Source: Chrysomallon squamiferum
Lineage: Eukaryota > Animalia > Mollusca
Assembly (NCBI GenBank): GCA_012295275.1
Contig: CM022678.1
Span: 11,966,001-12,030,000 of the forward strand
Direction: 5' to 3'
Length of the DNA stretch: 64,000 bases
Positions within the stretch are counted from its first letter, which is position 1, and each line of letters begins with the position of its first letter. Of this stretch, positions 13,567 to 26,090 are shown piece by piece. Below the pieces are notes generated by a model that was not told the origin of the DNA, did not search any database, and saw only the letters and a list, made by a program, of their open reading frames with translations. Made by a program: the position numbers and the translations under genes.

Positions 13567-14919
13567 GTGCTGCAGTACACAGACTCATATTATGTGATGA
13601 AGAGTCTTCAGGAGAGAGAGCTAAAAACCATTAGAGAGGAAGTGACCTTAGAGGACCGTATCAGTTCCTATACCATCGTCAGCATTATTGACGACACAAC
13701 TATAACACTGGTGTCCTCCAGGGAGAGTGTAGGTCATAGACTCGTACTCACTGACGTCGATGAAGTGGATGGCCGTTCAGTTTACCACAACATCGATGGT
13801 GAAGAGATTTCAGTGATAGGAAAGGGTACATCTGTTTCTGAATCTGCTACATCAGGCCATAGAAAAGAACCTTTGAAAAGACATTCTGAGTGTGATGCCA
13901 AGAAACTCTGCAAACCTTATCTGAAGACAGGGGAAGTGCAGAAAACCAAAACCAAGAAGGCGATTCAGAAACCAGGATCCACTGACAGTAAAATCACAAA
14001 ATCCTCAGAGAACGCAAAACAAAAAGCACTACTTCCTGTGATAAAGAAAACATCTGACGTGAAAGAGAAGGAGAAACACACAAAAAGAAAGAGGAAGCGA
14101 AAATGTCAGAAAGTCTCCAAACAGCCTTCGTCCGCCAGCTCAGTGGAAAACGCACCGAAGCTGTACAAAGTCCTGACAGCTTCGGAAGTAGCACAGCGAT
14201 CTGCTGAGCTGGTGGCAAATGAAGTGAATTATGAGGATCGTACACATTCTTTCTTGTACAAGACGAAACAAACACTACTGAAGGTTTTCAAAGCATCTAG
14301 TGTTTCTTTGCGGCTCTGTTCTTCGGAACCTGGCAAGGTAACCCTACCTTCTGCAAAAAATCATTCAGGTATCCTTCGACGTTCATTAAATCCCGCTCAA
14401 AATACTGCCACCGGACCTAGGGTGCGGAGAAGAACTGGAAGAAAACAACAGACAAATTTTAATGCTGATAAGTCCCCAGCCAGAAACAAAAACACCCTGG
14501 CTGATCTGAAAAACAACGCAGTAGTTCAGATGAAAAAAGATAAAAAAGAAATTGGCAGAGAATGTCCCAAGATACAGTTTCCTCTCATAACGGCAAGAAA
14601 ATTGGACGCCTTTCCAAAAATGCCGCAGAGAAAGCTTCCCAATGAAGACACTCGGTGTGTGCATGGAAATATTAAATCTGACAGTGGAACGAAGAAAACA
14701 GCTGCAGCTGAAAGAAAAGGATCAAAAGTTAACAATAACTTTTCAAATGTTAGCCGTGTCGGCATTAAAGAGCAAAACTCTGAAAATGCTATATCCGAAG
14801 CTTCGCTGCAGAAAACGGTTTCCAGAAGCCCTTTTTCGCAAAGTTTGGAATCACTGAAATCAGTGAACAGGTGTCACGTAATAAAACAAACAAACAAACA
14901 GCGAAAATGCAGTGGTTGA
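13567..14919 (+). CDS. Uncharacterised Lys/Ser-rich, probably disordered protein, 5' part (first ATG 13597; frame open from acceptor CCACAG|13530)
   Basis: 450-codon non-repetitive ORF with GC well above the background and a basic NLS-like stretch KRKRKRK. No recognisable domain. Confidence 0.65.
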   Translation: MLQYTDSYYVMKSLQERELKTIREEVTLEDRISSYTIVSIIDDTTITLVSSRESVGHRLVLTDVDEVDGRSVYHNIDGEEISVIGKGTSVSESATSGHRKEPLKRHSECDAKKLCKPYLKTGEVQKTKTKKAIQKPGSTDSKITKSSENAKQKALLPVIKKTSDVKEKEKHTKRKRKRKCQKVSKQPSSASSVENAPKLYKVLTASEVAQRSAELVANEVNYEDRTHSFLYKTKQTLLKVFKASSVSLRLCSSEPGKVTLPSAKNHSGILRRSLNPAQNTATGPRVRRRTGRKQQTNFNADKSPARNKNTLADLKNNAVVQMKKDKKEIGRECPKIQFPLITARKLDAFPKMPQRKLPNEDTRCVHGNIKSDSGTKKTAAAERKGSKVNNNFSNVSRVGIKEQNSENAISEASLQKTVSRSPFSQSLESLKSVNRCHVIKQTNKQRKCSG

Positions 14920-15691
14920 GGAAATTTCCAAAACAAAGACACAGTGTTCAGTAGCTCCTATAACAGTTACAGAGGGAAAGAAAATCTCCCCCATAGAGTC
15001 CTCAGATGACGTTTCTGATTCTGCTGTAATAAAAATTCTCGCTCAGGTTCCATCGCCTCCTACAACAACTGAGAAGAAAACGCCTTCCCCACCGTTTTAC
15101 TCTCAGCGAAGCCCAAAGGTTTCTCCTTTGATGGTATCTGTGACGCGTATGCCTCTTCCTAACATCAAACAACAGATTAATCAGACACACGGGACCCCTC
15201 CACCACAGACAGGAGTCTCCACTTCTATTGACAGAAGAAGAATGGGTCACGGTAGGCTACATTATGCAACGACAAGGCCTTTTCCATCGTCAAACAGTTT
15301 TGTTCCGTTTCCCCCCAAAACTGGAATCAGATACTCTCAACCTGGAACTTCGGAGCATAAAGTACCCTACTCTGATGACATGCCTAACCGTTTAGTTGTG
15401 AACAGCAGTTACGTCCGAAATAATAAGCAACAACCCAGCAGATTGGTAGGAAATTCTTGGAAGGACAAGAACCAGGCACCTCGAAAGGTCTCGACATTAA
15501 ACCCATTAATAAAGGGTTCATCGCCTGAGCCACCTCGCTTTATTGTTCTTCCCAAACTGCCACCTATTCAGAGAAATACTAAGCCTGAAAGTTCAAAATT
15601 GTCGCTTGGAGAAAACACACCTCAAACCACTGATGTGTTTGAATTAACACCCAGGAGTGAATTACAGACAACGAAAAAGCCTTTATGTTAG
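14912..15691 (+). CDS. Pro/Ser-rich C-terminal continuation of the same protein after a frameshift at (AAAC)4 14884-14899
   Basis: Overlapping ORF of the same composition. Removing one AAAC fuses the two ORFs and yields IKQTNSENAVVEE, which resembles the upstream IKEQNSENAISE. Confidence 0.6.
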   Translation: MVEEISKTKTQCSVAPITVTEGKKISPIESSDDVSDSAVIKILAQVPSPPTTTEKKTPSPPFYSQRSPKVSPLMVSVTRMPLPNIKQQINQTHGTPPPQTGVSTSIDRRRMGHGRLHYATTRPFPSSNSFVPFPPKTGIRYSQPGTSEHKVPYSDDMPNRLVVNSSYVRNNKQQPSRLVGNSWKDKNQAPRKVSTLNPLIKGSSPEPPRFIVLPKLPPIQRNTKPESSKLSLGENTPQTTDVFELTPRSELQTTKKPLC

Positions 15692-15973
15692 ATAAATGGG
15701 TGGCAGTACAAATATTTTTAATACAAAAACATTTTTTTTTTCTTAACTGTTTTAAATCCTGACATTTACAAAATCAAATATATTGCATCTTATCTAAAAA
15801 CAATAATCAAAATGGAAAATCATGCTGAAATGTTTTCAAATTTCTTAACATTAAGGCACATTCAAACAGTTTAAAACAAAAGTAAATAAAGAATAGTCTT
15901 TGTGTGTTTTTATTGTGTATATATTGATCAACATCCTAATTTAATCATTATTTTTTATATATACATCTTGTTC

Positions 15974-16049
<76 letters not shown>

Positions 16050-16082
16050 TGTGTGTTTGTGTGTGTCTCTCTCTCCTCAGTC

Positions 16083-16208
16083 TTTTTTGTATCTTTACAA
16101 ACCCGTTAAATGGAGTTATTTCCCTTAGACCATTAATAAGACACTGCATACGCATTAACGGTCTAAGGGAAATAATTCAATTTAACGAGTTTGTGAATAT
16201 ACAAAAAA
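16083..16208. repeat. Foldback hairpin/MITE-like: 55-bp inverted arms (16083-16137, 16154-16208) with a 16-nt loop
   Basis: Manual alignment of one arm to the reverse complement of the other gives 49/55 identity. Confidence 0.9.
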
Positions 16209-17895
16209 TAAAAACGATGAATTTTTCATACAACATATACACTATAAATCTTGAGCAGTCAAGATCATTCTGCATCATGTTACTAATCAAACAAGTTTAT
16301 TAAATAGTTTATTAAAGCATAATTACAGTAGCATTTTCAGGTAATACTAAACTCCACTTGTGTAAGAATGCATTCCAATAATGAATTATAGTGACATATG
16401 CCTTCAAGATTTTGTATTATGAACCATTTCACTTTTATTTTATGTCACAGACTGTCATAATGAAGCCATAATGAAGCAAATTAATTTAAAATGTTTAAAA
16501 TTTATTATTATTATTATTATTATTATATACATACATCATTTCATTTACATTTTCTTTAAAACAAAAATTAATGCAAATCTGTTTTTAAAAAAGATATTCT
16601 TTTAATAGAGCTAAAAGTATTTGTTAGCCTGATTAATTTCAGCTTTTTTTAAATATCTTTTAATGTTAATAACTACAATTCAAAATCAAAACAATAATAT
16701 AAGAATTCATCATTAAAATAATCCAATTAATAATTATATTTGTATCTCTATTTTTATATCATTTTTCTGTTCATTTTTGAAAAAACAAACAACAGTCCAA
16801 ACACTTCGAACTTGTATTTATTTATACATAAACAAGGACACCGTCTTTCACATACAGCAGTTCTCTGACAACAAACACAGTAACTCTTTCTCACAGATAA
16901 CATTTATATACCAACTCATCCTTTTACATTCACATCTCTTTCTGTATCTATGTCTGCATCTATTTCTCCTACATACCCATGCTTCAGATAACACATACAA
17001 AAATTCTAATTTCCTTCAGCACATATGTATATATATATATACACCCATATTCTTTTTCTAACCCAAATACATATACCCACAACTGTCCCTGCGTTTCTCT
17101 ATCAATCCATAAACAGCTTTAACAATTTTTCTGTCGCCGCCTGCATCTCTCTATGAACAGTCCAAACTATTTATTATTATTATTATTATTGTTCTATCTA
17201 TATCTGTGTGAATCTCCCTAACAGTTTATATACTTTCTGTGTATCTCCTATTAAAGTTACTGTTTCAGTGTTGCATATTCATTTGAAAATTAATTATTTT
17301 GAAATATTTTTGCATTGATGATTGTAAAATTGAGTTTCAGTTTCTTTGTATGATATCTGCTTTGGTTTTATATAATAGTATCAACAAGTTGAATATTTCT
17401 TATTTAAAGTTTCATTTATCATCAAAGTAAACATGGAGTAAAACAGATGCAGTGTCACGCGAGGTCTCGATTACGTCATTAGCTTTACAGACTACCATGT
17501 AAAACAAGTTTCCGAGGCGAAGACAATGTTGAATCTTTCTTCTTCTTCTTCTTCTTTTTAAAAAATAAAAAATAAAAAAATACAGGAAAAGGTGAAGATT
17601 TTGAAATGAATATAAAATTTCATATTATTTGTGTTGTTTCTACATTTTTCCCTTTTAAACTGCGCTCCTCGATAAGCTTAATGTTTCTTTTTTATTATTA
17701 TTTCTTTTTCTTTTTTATTGTTTATTTTTTATATAAATTTATTTATTTATTTATTTATATTTTCTTAATCCTACGAATAAAATTGAGACTGATTAAAAAT
17801 TAACATGTATTTTCTTTATTTGTAAGGCTTTATGCAATTTTAATCAGTGAAATAATGATATATATTTTTTTATTAGGATTATATAGGATTAATTA

Positions 17896-19510
17896 TCAGT
17901 ATAATAATATATTAATCTCAGTTTCCTGCAATATCACCTCTGTTTTTTGTTCTTGTTTTTTTTAAATGTAGAATATTACTCTCACAATTATCTGACCTTT
18001 TATTTTATAGTTGCATTTTACAGCGATCGATTTGTAAATTGAGAAATAAATAACTGTTAATACTGAACACGTGAGAAGTTACACTTTACTTGAATCACAA
18101 AATTTGATTTTGAGTAGCAAACAACATTAAAATTAAAATTAACAGGGATAAGCGGAGTTTTCTATTTGAATAAAAGGTGATGTAATTGACATTAATACGT
18201 AAAACCAGCGCGATTTAATTTTACCATAAACTGATACTTAGTGAAAATAACGTGATGTTTTATTATGTTTTCCTCTGTTTTGCATCATACAAACTACTGA
18301 TAATTTCACGTACATTCTATTCTACTAGGAGAAATCTTATATATTTAATATAATTTTTTAAGTTATATCATAGAAAACAAGCCTGGCCTCCTGAACTAGT
18401 GTTTTAAGAGGATATTTTTAGTTAGCTAGACGAAATTGTTTCATCATGTTAAAATATAACAATACTCTCAAATAAATATTGTTTCTTCTCACCTGAAGCT
18501 TTTAAGAAATCAGATTAAACTGGCGCCTTCTCATCTACATAATATGTGTCATATGGTATAAATATCCAATCTCCACTATTTAAATTGTGCAGTCGGAATT
18601 AAAATTATATTTATTTATTTATTTATTTATTTTATTTTTGTAAAAATAACAATAACTACAATAATACTGATTAAAATAATAAATAAAATAATAATTAAGA
18701 AAGACTACTGAAACAAGGGAAAAAGAAAAAAGTAAGAAAGGAAATAAAATGATTATTTCAGGCATATATTATTTATACTATATCATGTTATTGTTGACTG
18801 AATCTCAATTTATTGACATAAAACTGAAATCTTATTTGTTTATAGAAAGTAAACTGCCCAGTGACACAAATTATGTTTAGAAAACTTCACTGTACGTCAA
18901 AGTTTCGTATTTTAGTAAATAATAAAATATGATTTTTATCATGACTCGACACTGATTTTGGAAGAACAAAACTGGACAGCAGAATATTTACTGAAACACG
19001 TGTTATCCAGACAGTAAGCTACACGTCTGCACAGCCCGACTTGTCTTCACAAGTTTCACCCAAACGTTTCTTCAGAAAACACACGCCGTTGTATAGGACT
19101 AGCAAGAACCACATTTATTAAAATATACTGGTTAAATATTAATTACCAGTTTAGAAAAAGTATATTTCTAAAATATATCCAACTCTTTGCCTGGAATTTA
19201 GAAATGATACTTTCTTCAATTACTACTACTGTCAGGAAGAGAAAAAAAAACGACAACGCCTCACGAAAAAATATTCGATCCTTTTTTTACTCTGAAAATT
19301 CTGTAGACTGGGATCTCGGGTTAGCGTGTTTTTATACACAACAGTAGAATTATATGTGAAATCTAAAATGTCGAGAACGCTTCTATACTAATGTGACAGA
19401 ACGTTTCAATGAATAGCTAAGTAGTTGTAATTTTACGCGGCGTTATGAAAATAAGAACCGCCATCACGATTTATATGCAGGAAACTGAGATTAATATATT
19501 ATTATACTGA
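17896..19510. repeat. Perfect 35-bp inverted repeat pair (17896-17930 / 19476-19510)
   Basis: TCAGTATAATAATATATTAATCTCAGTTTCCTGCA and its exact reverse complement. No clear TSD. Confidence 0.85.
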
Positions 19511-20371
19511 AAACGTGAGAAGGATGGTGAGAACCTAGTTACATTTACTTGAACAAGAACACTTTTTACAGGGACAAGTTTTCTATGAGATAAAACGCTA
19601 ATGAATTAACTTAATTAGAAAAAATAAAAAATTAAAATTAAAACATTAAATAAATAAATTTATTAATATTAATCTCGAAGATCTTTCAGTATTTTCAGCA
19701 TATACAGAACCTCTCCTAGTCAGATAAAATATCATCGCTGCATTATTATCAATGTTTTCTGCAGTGTTTATAACAAATTTACTGAAGTTATAATTACAGC
19801 GACACCTATACTTATCTCTGCAGTCTGAGAGTTAGATAGGTAGATAGACAGACAGACAGACAGATAAAAAAAGGACAAAACTGAACTGAATCATTAAAAT
19901 GGCCAATAAGAGAAAAATGTTAAAATGTTATTATATTATAACGCATGTACAAACATTTTCTTACACACGCTCATTTGCCTATGAAATGTAAAATGTCTGT
20001 CTATCTCTATATCCATCCCTAGCTATCTTCAGTGTATCTAATCTGTCTACTTTTTAACTACATACATAAACACCATCTCACTGATGTCAACTTATGTATT
20101 TAACTATCCTCTAAAGCAAACACGTAAACCAAACTCTTTCTTTTCTGTGTGTGTCTGTGTGTGTGTGTGTATGTGTCTAATCTATCTATTTATCTATTAT
20201 AACTGTTTATAATAACGACAGTAATAGTATCTGACATAACGACATTAACGATGAAAACGACAACAATAACTACAATAATACTAATTAAAATGATAAATAA
20301 AATAATAATTAATAAAGGACACTGAAACAAGGTTAAAAGAAAAGAGTAAGAAAGGAAATAAAATGATTATT
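18060..20371. repeat. Old ~1.5-kb direct duplication (18060-18200 ~ 19505-19620; 18645-18760 ~ 20260-20371)
   Basis: Shared blocks include TACTGAA.ACGTGAGAAG and ACTGAAACAAGG...GTAAGAAAGGAAATAAAATGATTATTT. Confidence 0.7.
19029..19084 (-). ncRNA. Candidate type I hammerhead ribozyme (possibly degenerate)
   Basis: The minus strand reads CTGAAGA-aacgtttgggt-GAAA-CTTGT-gaag-ACAAG-TC: complete core, 6-bp stem III and a GUC triplet. Stem II is imperfect and stem I is mostly G-U pairs. Confidence 0.35.
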
Positions 20372-20483
20372 TATATTTATTATAAAGAAACAGTTACATT
20401 AAATAGAAATACAAAATAATATATAGATTAAATAAAATCACTTTAGTGAATTTAGTAAATTCAGTGACTGATTTGTATTCAGC

Positions 20484-20526
20484 AGACTTAAGATGTCACT
20501 AATAATCTTTCGTCTCTTCAGAGTCT
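20484..20526 (-). ncRNA. Candidate minimal hammerhead-like motif
   Basis: The minus strand reads AGACT-CTGAAGA-GAC-GAAA-GAT-(10 nt)-ATC-TT-A-AGTCT. Stem II is vestigial and the triplet (CUU) is poor. Confidence 0.15.
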
Positions 20527-21115
20527 TTCTCATTTATTGAAAAAAAAAAAAAAAAAAAAAAAACATTCACTGTGATTTTTTTCATATATATAGTTTACTC
20601 AACACTCAGTCTTTTCTGTATATTTACCAATGTGTTAAATAGAGTTATTTCCCGTATACCACAAATGCGATCTGACGGTAATTCAGATTTTCTGCTTTTA
20701 AATGCTATTTTGTAGCAAACAGAACCATCTTATTAACATTCCCTGCGTTTTCTTTGTCTTTTAAATAACCAGTTCCTTTATTTTATTATTATTATTTTTA
20801 CGTATTTAATGTGTTAAAATGCCTATTTCATTTATTTTTTCATTTGCTTTGTTTTCGATTTGTCTCTTTAAAAACAATGAATTTATTTACAAAATATCGT
20901 TATTTGAAATTTTTTGTCTATTTTTAGATGTCCAATACACCATATTTAGGATATTATTTGAAAGCTATTTAATAATAAAAGTTTAAAAAATAATAAACGC
21001 AAAGTCAGACCGTCAAAATATTTTAAATTCGACTAACAATTTCGAGTAGAATTCTTATGGTACATGGACCATCAGGAACGACAACTCGTAACGGCACAAA
21101 TTAGGACGAGCGCAC

Positions 21116-21150
21116 ACGGAAACTTCCGATGAAAATCCAAGATGGCAGCG
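21116..21150 (+). promoter_or_regulatory. ETS (CGGAA/CTTCCG) plus YY1 (CAAGATGGCAGC) motif cluster, probable housekeeping-type TSS
   Basis: CpG-enriched patch 21060-21220 containing these motifs, followed by donor GAG|GTAATT at 21229/21230. Confidence 0.55.
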
Positions 21151-22473
21151 TCGAACGCCGATCAGTGTTTACAAACTTTTAAACACGTATTCCTTCATAA
21201 TGCAATCAATTCGACATCGATTATTAGAGGTAATTTGGGGAAATATATCATATAACCAATGCCGCTTATACATAGAAGGCTGTTATTGGGTAGTAATTGC
21301 TACAAAGAAACAGTTTCTTTTTATTATTATTACTTTTTTGTGTGTCACTGTGTGTATGTGTACCATCTTGTACCCATTTCGTAATTTTTTTTTCATTTAT
21401 TTTTATTATTATTAGTATTTTTTTTTTTTTTTTTTTTTCATTTATTAAAAAAAAATAAAACCCACCCAGAACAAACAACAACATAATAATAATAAAATAA
21501 AATACATAGGTGTCTGTTATTGCTGCAAAGGTCGAAACATTTTCTTTTTATTATTATTACTTTTGTGTGTGTGGGTGTGTGATTTTGACGTCATACCATC
21601 TTGTGTTTTTTTTTTTTTTTTTTTTTTTCAGTTATTACAAAAAACAACAACAACAACATAATAATAATAAAATAAAATAAATAATTTTCACTCACATTGG
21701 CCGATGAATATTACCATAATGTGGACACTTATTCTGCTAAAACTCCATAGCAGACAGCTCTGAGTACGTTGTTGTAAAACAGTGCTTGAAACCATTTATA
21801 ATTTTTTATTTTAACATTTATTTCAATGCATTAGAGGTGGTACAAAAAAAAAAAAATTAAAAAATTAGTTACTTAACTAAAATGCCTTACTTTTTTCATA
21901 CCGAATTGTTTTCAATTTACAGGTGTAAACTGTGAAGACCATGTCAGATTTTGTATTTCTTTTAAACACTTGGTCAAGAACAGAGGTTTTGAAAACTCAC
22001 TCCCTCCCTTACAGTACAAGGCAGGTTAGTGCTGCAGATTTAGAGGAGTATTCACAATCTTAGAGATTTCAGCTTTGAGAAATATTAGTGGTATTTGTAT
22101 TATTATTATTGTTACATTTTCATTTCATGTTTGTTTTGATTACCTTTAACATATTTTGACCTAATCAGTGCATTCTTGTTTAGTATTAGAAAATCTTTCA
22201 TAAAGAAATATTTTCACTTATCTTTATGAATTTAGATTATAAAAGACACTTTTTTAAGTTGACCAGAATTTTAAATTTACAATTTGTATTGATCCAATGT
22301 TTAGAGATCTATATTGTTTATTTAAATTATTTGTTATTTATTAAACCTTATTACAGATGATGTTTATTTATAATAATTTCTTTCTAACATTACAGACAAT
22401 TAAACACATGGAAAAATACTTCTAAACAATTATTCTATTAAATTTTATTATTGTATCTGCAGGAAAGACATGA
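21142..22473 (+). CDS. Putative 66-aa spliced small ORF (21142-21229, 21923-22024, 22463-22473) in a multi-exon transcript that probably continues (e.g. exon 29207-29388)
   Basis: Canonical splice sites and an open frame across the junctions: MAASNADQCLQTFKHVFLHNAINSTSIIRGVNCEDHVRFCISFKHLVKNRGFENSLPPLQYKAGKT*. No homology recognised; it could be a uORF or lncRNA. Confidence 0.35.
21295..21682. repeat. Two-copy ~200-bp tandem duplication in intron 1 of that transcript
   Basis: Shared blocks TTGCT.CAAAG...TTATTATTATTACTTTT...TACCATCTTGT...CAACATAATAATAATAAAATAAAATA. Confidence 0.75.
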
Positions 22474-23239
22474 TTCTGGAATCAGCTTCAGTTACAAGAA
22501 TATGGAGAAGACTATAAAGGTTATATTATGGATTTTTCTTTCCAAAGCAGTTTCCAGACAGATAGGGTTGTTGACAATACACATTAGTGTTGATTGATTA
22601 TTCTCCAGTAGTTAACAGTGGATGATTCTTGGTTATTATGGAAGGGAACAAAAACTTCCACTGTAGATGTCAGTGCAAAACCTCTGTGTGGTTCTACAGT
22701 TCAGATTAGTGCAGAAAAAATAAAAAGATGTGGAGCAATGATATTTACAAATAGACAACAAGCAGGTTCCAGCTTAATGTTGTTTTCATAAAGAATATTA
22801 GAATTTAACTTGAGAGCAACCATTTGAAGAAATGGAGAGATGACTGACAGAATATGAGACTGATTGTCTGATGGGAGGCTACCAGGTAAAGAGATAAACA
22901 GGAAGCTACACAGAAAGAAACATAGAGATGTTGATAGACAGTTAGATAAGTAAAGAAGGTAACAAGTAAATTGATAGATGTAGATGAATTTAGGCAGATA
23001 GACAAACATGCCTATCTATGTATTCTGTGTTTTCTTCTTTCTGTCATGTATGTTAAATGTGCCAGGCTGAGAGTGCAGACAGACAGATGTACACAGTAAA
23101 ATACACAGGTTGTAATGTAGCTATGCAGGCATAGTTAGATATATAGCTAGGCAGTGTGATAGGGAATTGGACAGATGATTGATGGATGGTTATTGATCTG
23201 TCGTAATTTGGATAGATAAACAGACAGGTAGGTAGGTCA

Positions 23240-23246
23240 GTAGTTC

Positions 23247-23278
<32 letters not shown>

Positions 23279-24515
23279 TGGTTATCTAATAGGTAGGTAG
23301 TTCAGTAGATATATGTAGATAGTTATCTAATAGACAGCAGACACACAGAGAGACATAGGTAGGTATGTTAGTAGTTTGATATGTAGATATATGTAGATAG
23401 TTATCTAATAAACAGCAGAAACACGTAGAGACAGATAGGTAGGTATTATAGTAGTTTGATATGTAGATATATGTAGAGAGTTATCTAATAAACAGCAGAA
23501 ACACATAGAGACAGATAGGTAGGTATGATAGTAGTTAAGTAGATATATGTAGATATGATAGTAGTCTAATAGACAGATATATGTAGATATATGTATGAAA
23601 GTAGTTTGTAGATATATGTAGATAGTTATCTAATAGACAGCAGACACACAGAGAGACAGATAGGTAGGTATGAAAGTAGTTTGATATGTAGATAGTTATC
23701 TAATAGACAGCAGACACAGAGAGAGACAGATAGGTAGGTATGATAGTAGTTTGATATGTAGATATATGTAGATAGTTATCTAATAGAGAGCAGACACACA
23801 CAGAGACAGATAGTTAGGTATGATAGTAGTTTGATATGTAGATATATGTAGATAGTTATCTAATAGACAGCAGACACACAGAGACAGATAGGTAGATAGG
23901 TCAGTAGTTCAGTAGTTTGATATGTAGATATATGTAGATAGTTATCTAATAGACAGCAGACACACAGAGACAGACAGGTAGATAGGTCAGTAGTTCAGAC
24001 AGATAGTTAGATAGTTATGATACACACAGAGAGTTTGATATGATAGTAGTTTGATATGATAGTAGATAGTTATCTAATAGACAGCAGACACACAGAGACA
24101 GATAGGTAGATAGGTCAGTAGTTCAGTAGTTTGATATGTAGATATATGTAGATAGTTATCTAATAGACAGCAGACACACAGAGACAGACAGGTAGATAGG
24201 TCAGTAGTTCAGTAGTTTGATATGTAGATATATGTAGATAGTTATCTAATAGACAGCAAACACACAGAGAGACAGATAGGTAGGTATGATAGTAGTTTGA
24301 TATGTAGATATATGTAGATAGTTATCTAATAGATAGCAAACACACAGAGAGACAGATAGGTAGGTATGATAGTAGTTTGATATGTAGATAGTTATCTAAT
24401 AGACAGCAGACACACAGAGAGACAGATAGGTAGATAGGTCAGTAGTTCAGTAGTTTGATATGTAGATATATGTAGATAGTTATCTGATAGATAGACACAC
24501 AGAGAGACAGATAGG
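23240..24515. repeat. GATA/GACA-rich minisatellite, ~16 units of mostly 70-88 bp
   Basis: Recurrent anchor GATAGTTATCTAATAGACAGCAGACACACAGAGA. Confidence 0.95.
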
Positions 24516-25355
24516 TGTGGGCAAGTATGGATGGTACACACACACACACACACACACACACAGATGTAGGTATGTATAAGTTGGAGCAGGGACTAGTATA
24601 TAGATGTGTATTGGAAGGAAAATTTGCTTGTGTTTTTTGAAGTGTGTGAATATTTTGAGTATATATGTGTGCAAACATACAGAAATATAGGGATATTTGA
24701 ATGTGGACATGTAGGTATGTAGACAAGGAGATGTTTAAACGACTGACTGATGTATTGATGGTTATTGATGTCAAAGGATGGGCATGATAAAAGAAAAATA
24801 GGCAGATATAAACTGCTAGGTAGGTTGATTATGTTGATTTTATATTGTTTATGAGAAATTGTGTTGATAGACATACCTATAGAGATCTATATAGATAGGT
24901 AGATAGGAATAAACACCTGCATAAGAAAATGATAGTGTGTATGTGTGTGTGTGTGTGATAAGGATGGCTAAATATGGGAATTGTGAATGAGAGTTATAAA
25001 CGGACAATAACACAGAAAGATAGCTATGTAAAGTAATTATAATTATTTAGGGAAACAGCCAGCAAGATGAATAGGCAATTCATGGATAGTTATTGACGGA
25101 TTGTAATGTAGATGGATTCATTTACTTAGAGTTTGGTGGAGGATAGACAGAGATATATAAAGATAGCTAAATAGACAGGCAGGTCAGCAGGTTCATATCT
25201 AGCTTTAGAATGGTAAATAGATAGAAAGAAAGATAGGTGTCAAGCAAATATGTTGGCAGAAGATTTGAGGACAGAACCATGTTTACGTGTAAGAAAATGT
25301 TTATGTTAGAAATAGAGTTCAGAGAGAGGGTATATTTGATAGATAAATACACACA

Positions 25356-25407
<52 letters not shown>

Positions 25408-25464
25408 GACAGAGACGATTGGATCTGTGTTTCGATTGAGTTAGTGATGAACCGATAGACTATA

Positions 25465-26090
25465 GTTAGATATACAGCGATAAATACAGATAGATTATAT
25501 GGACAGATATACAGAGATAAATACAGGCATATTTTTTTGAACAGATATACAGAGGTAAATACAGATTGATTATATAGATAGATATACAGAGATAAATACA
25601 GATAGATTTTATAGACAGACATACAGAGATAAATAAAGATATATTATATAGACAGACATACAGAGATAAATACAGATAGATTATATAGATAGATAATCAG
25701 AGGTAAATACAGATAGATTATATAGAGATATACAGAGATAAATACAAATATATTATATAGAGATATACAGAGGTAAATACAGATAGATTTTATAGACAGA
25801 TTTACAGAGGTAAATACAGATTGATTATATAGACAGATATACAGAGATAAATACAGATAGATATACACAGGTAAATACAGATAGATTATATAGTTAGATA
25901 TACACAGAGGTAAATACAGATAGATTATATAGACAGATATTCAGAGGTAACTACAGATATATTATATAGACAGATATGCAGAGGTAACTACAGATATATT
26001 ATATAGATAGATATACAGAGGTAAATACAGATAGATTATATAGATAGATATACAGAGGTAAATACAGATATACAGAAAGATACAGAGGTT
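25465..26090. repeat. ~37-bp minisatellite, ~17 copies (ACAGATATACAGAGGTAAATACAGATAGATTATATAG)
   Basis: Seen directly. Confidence 0.95.
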
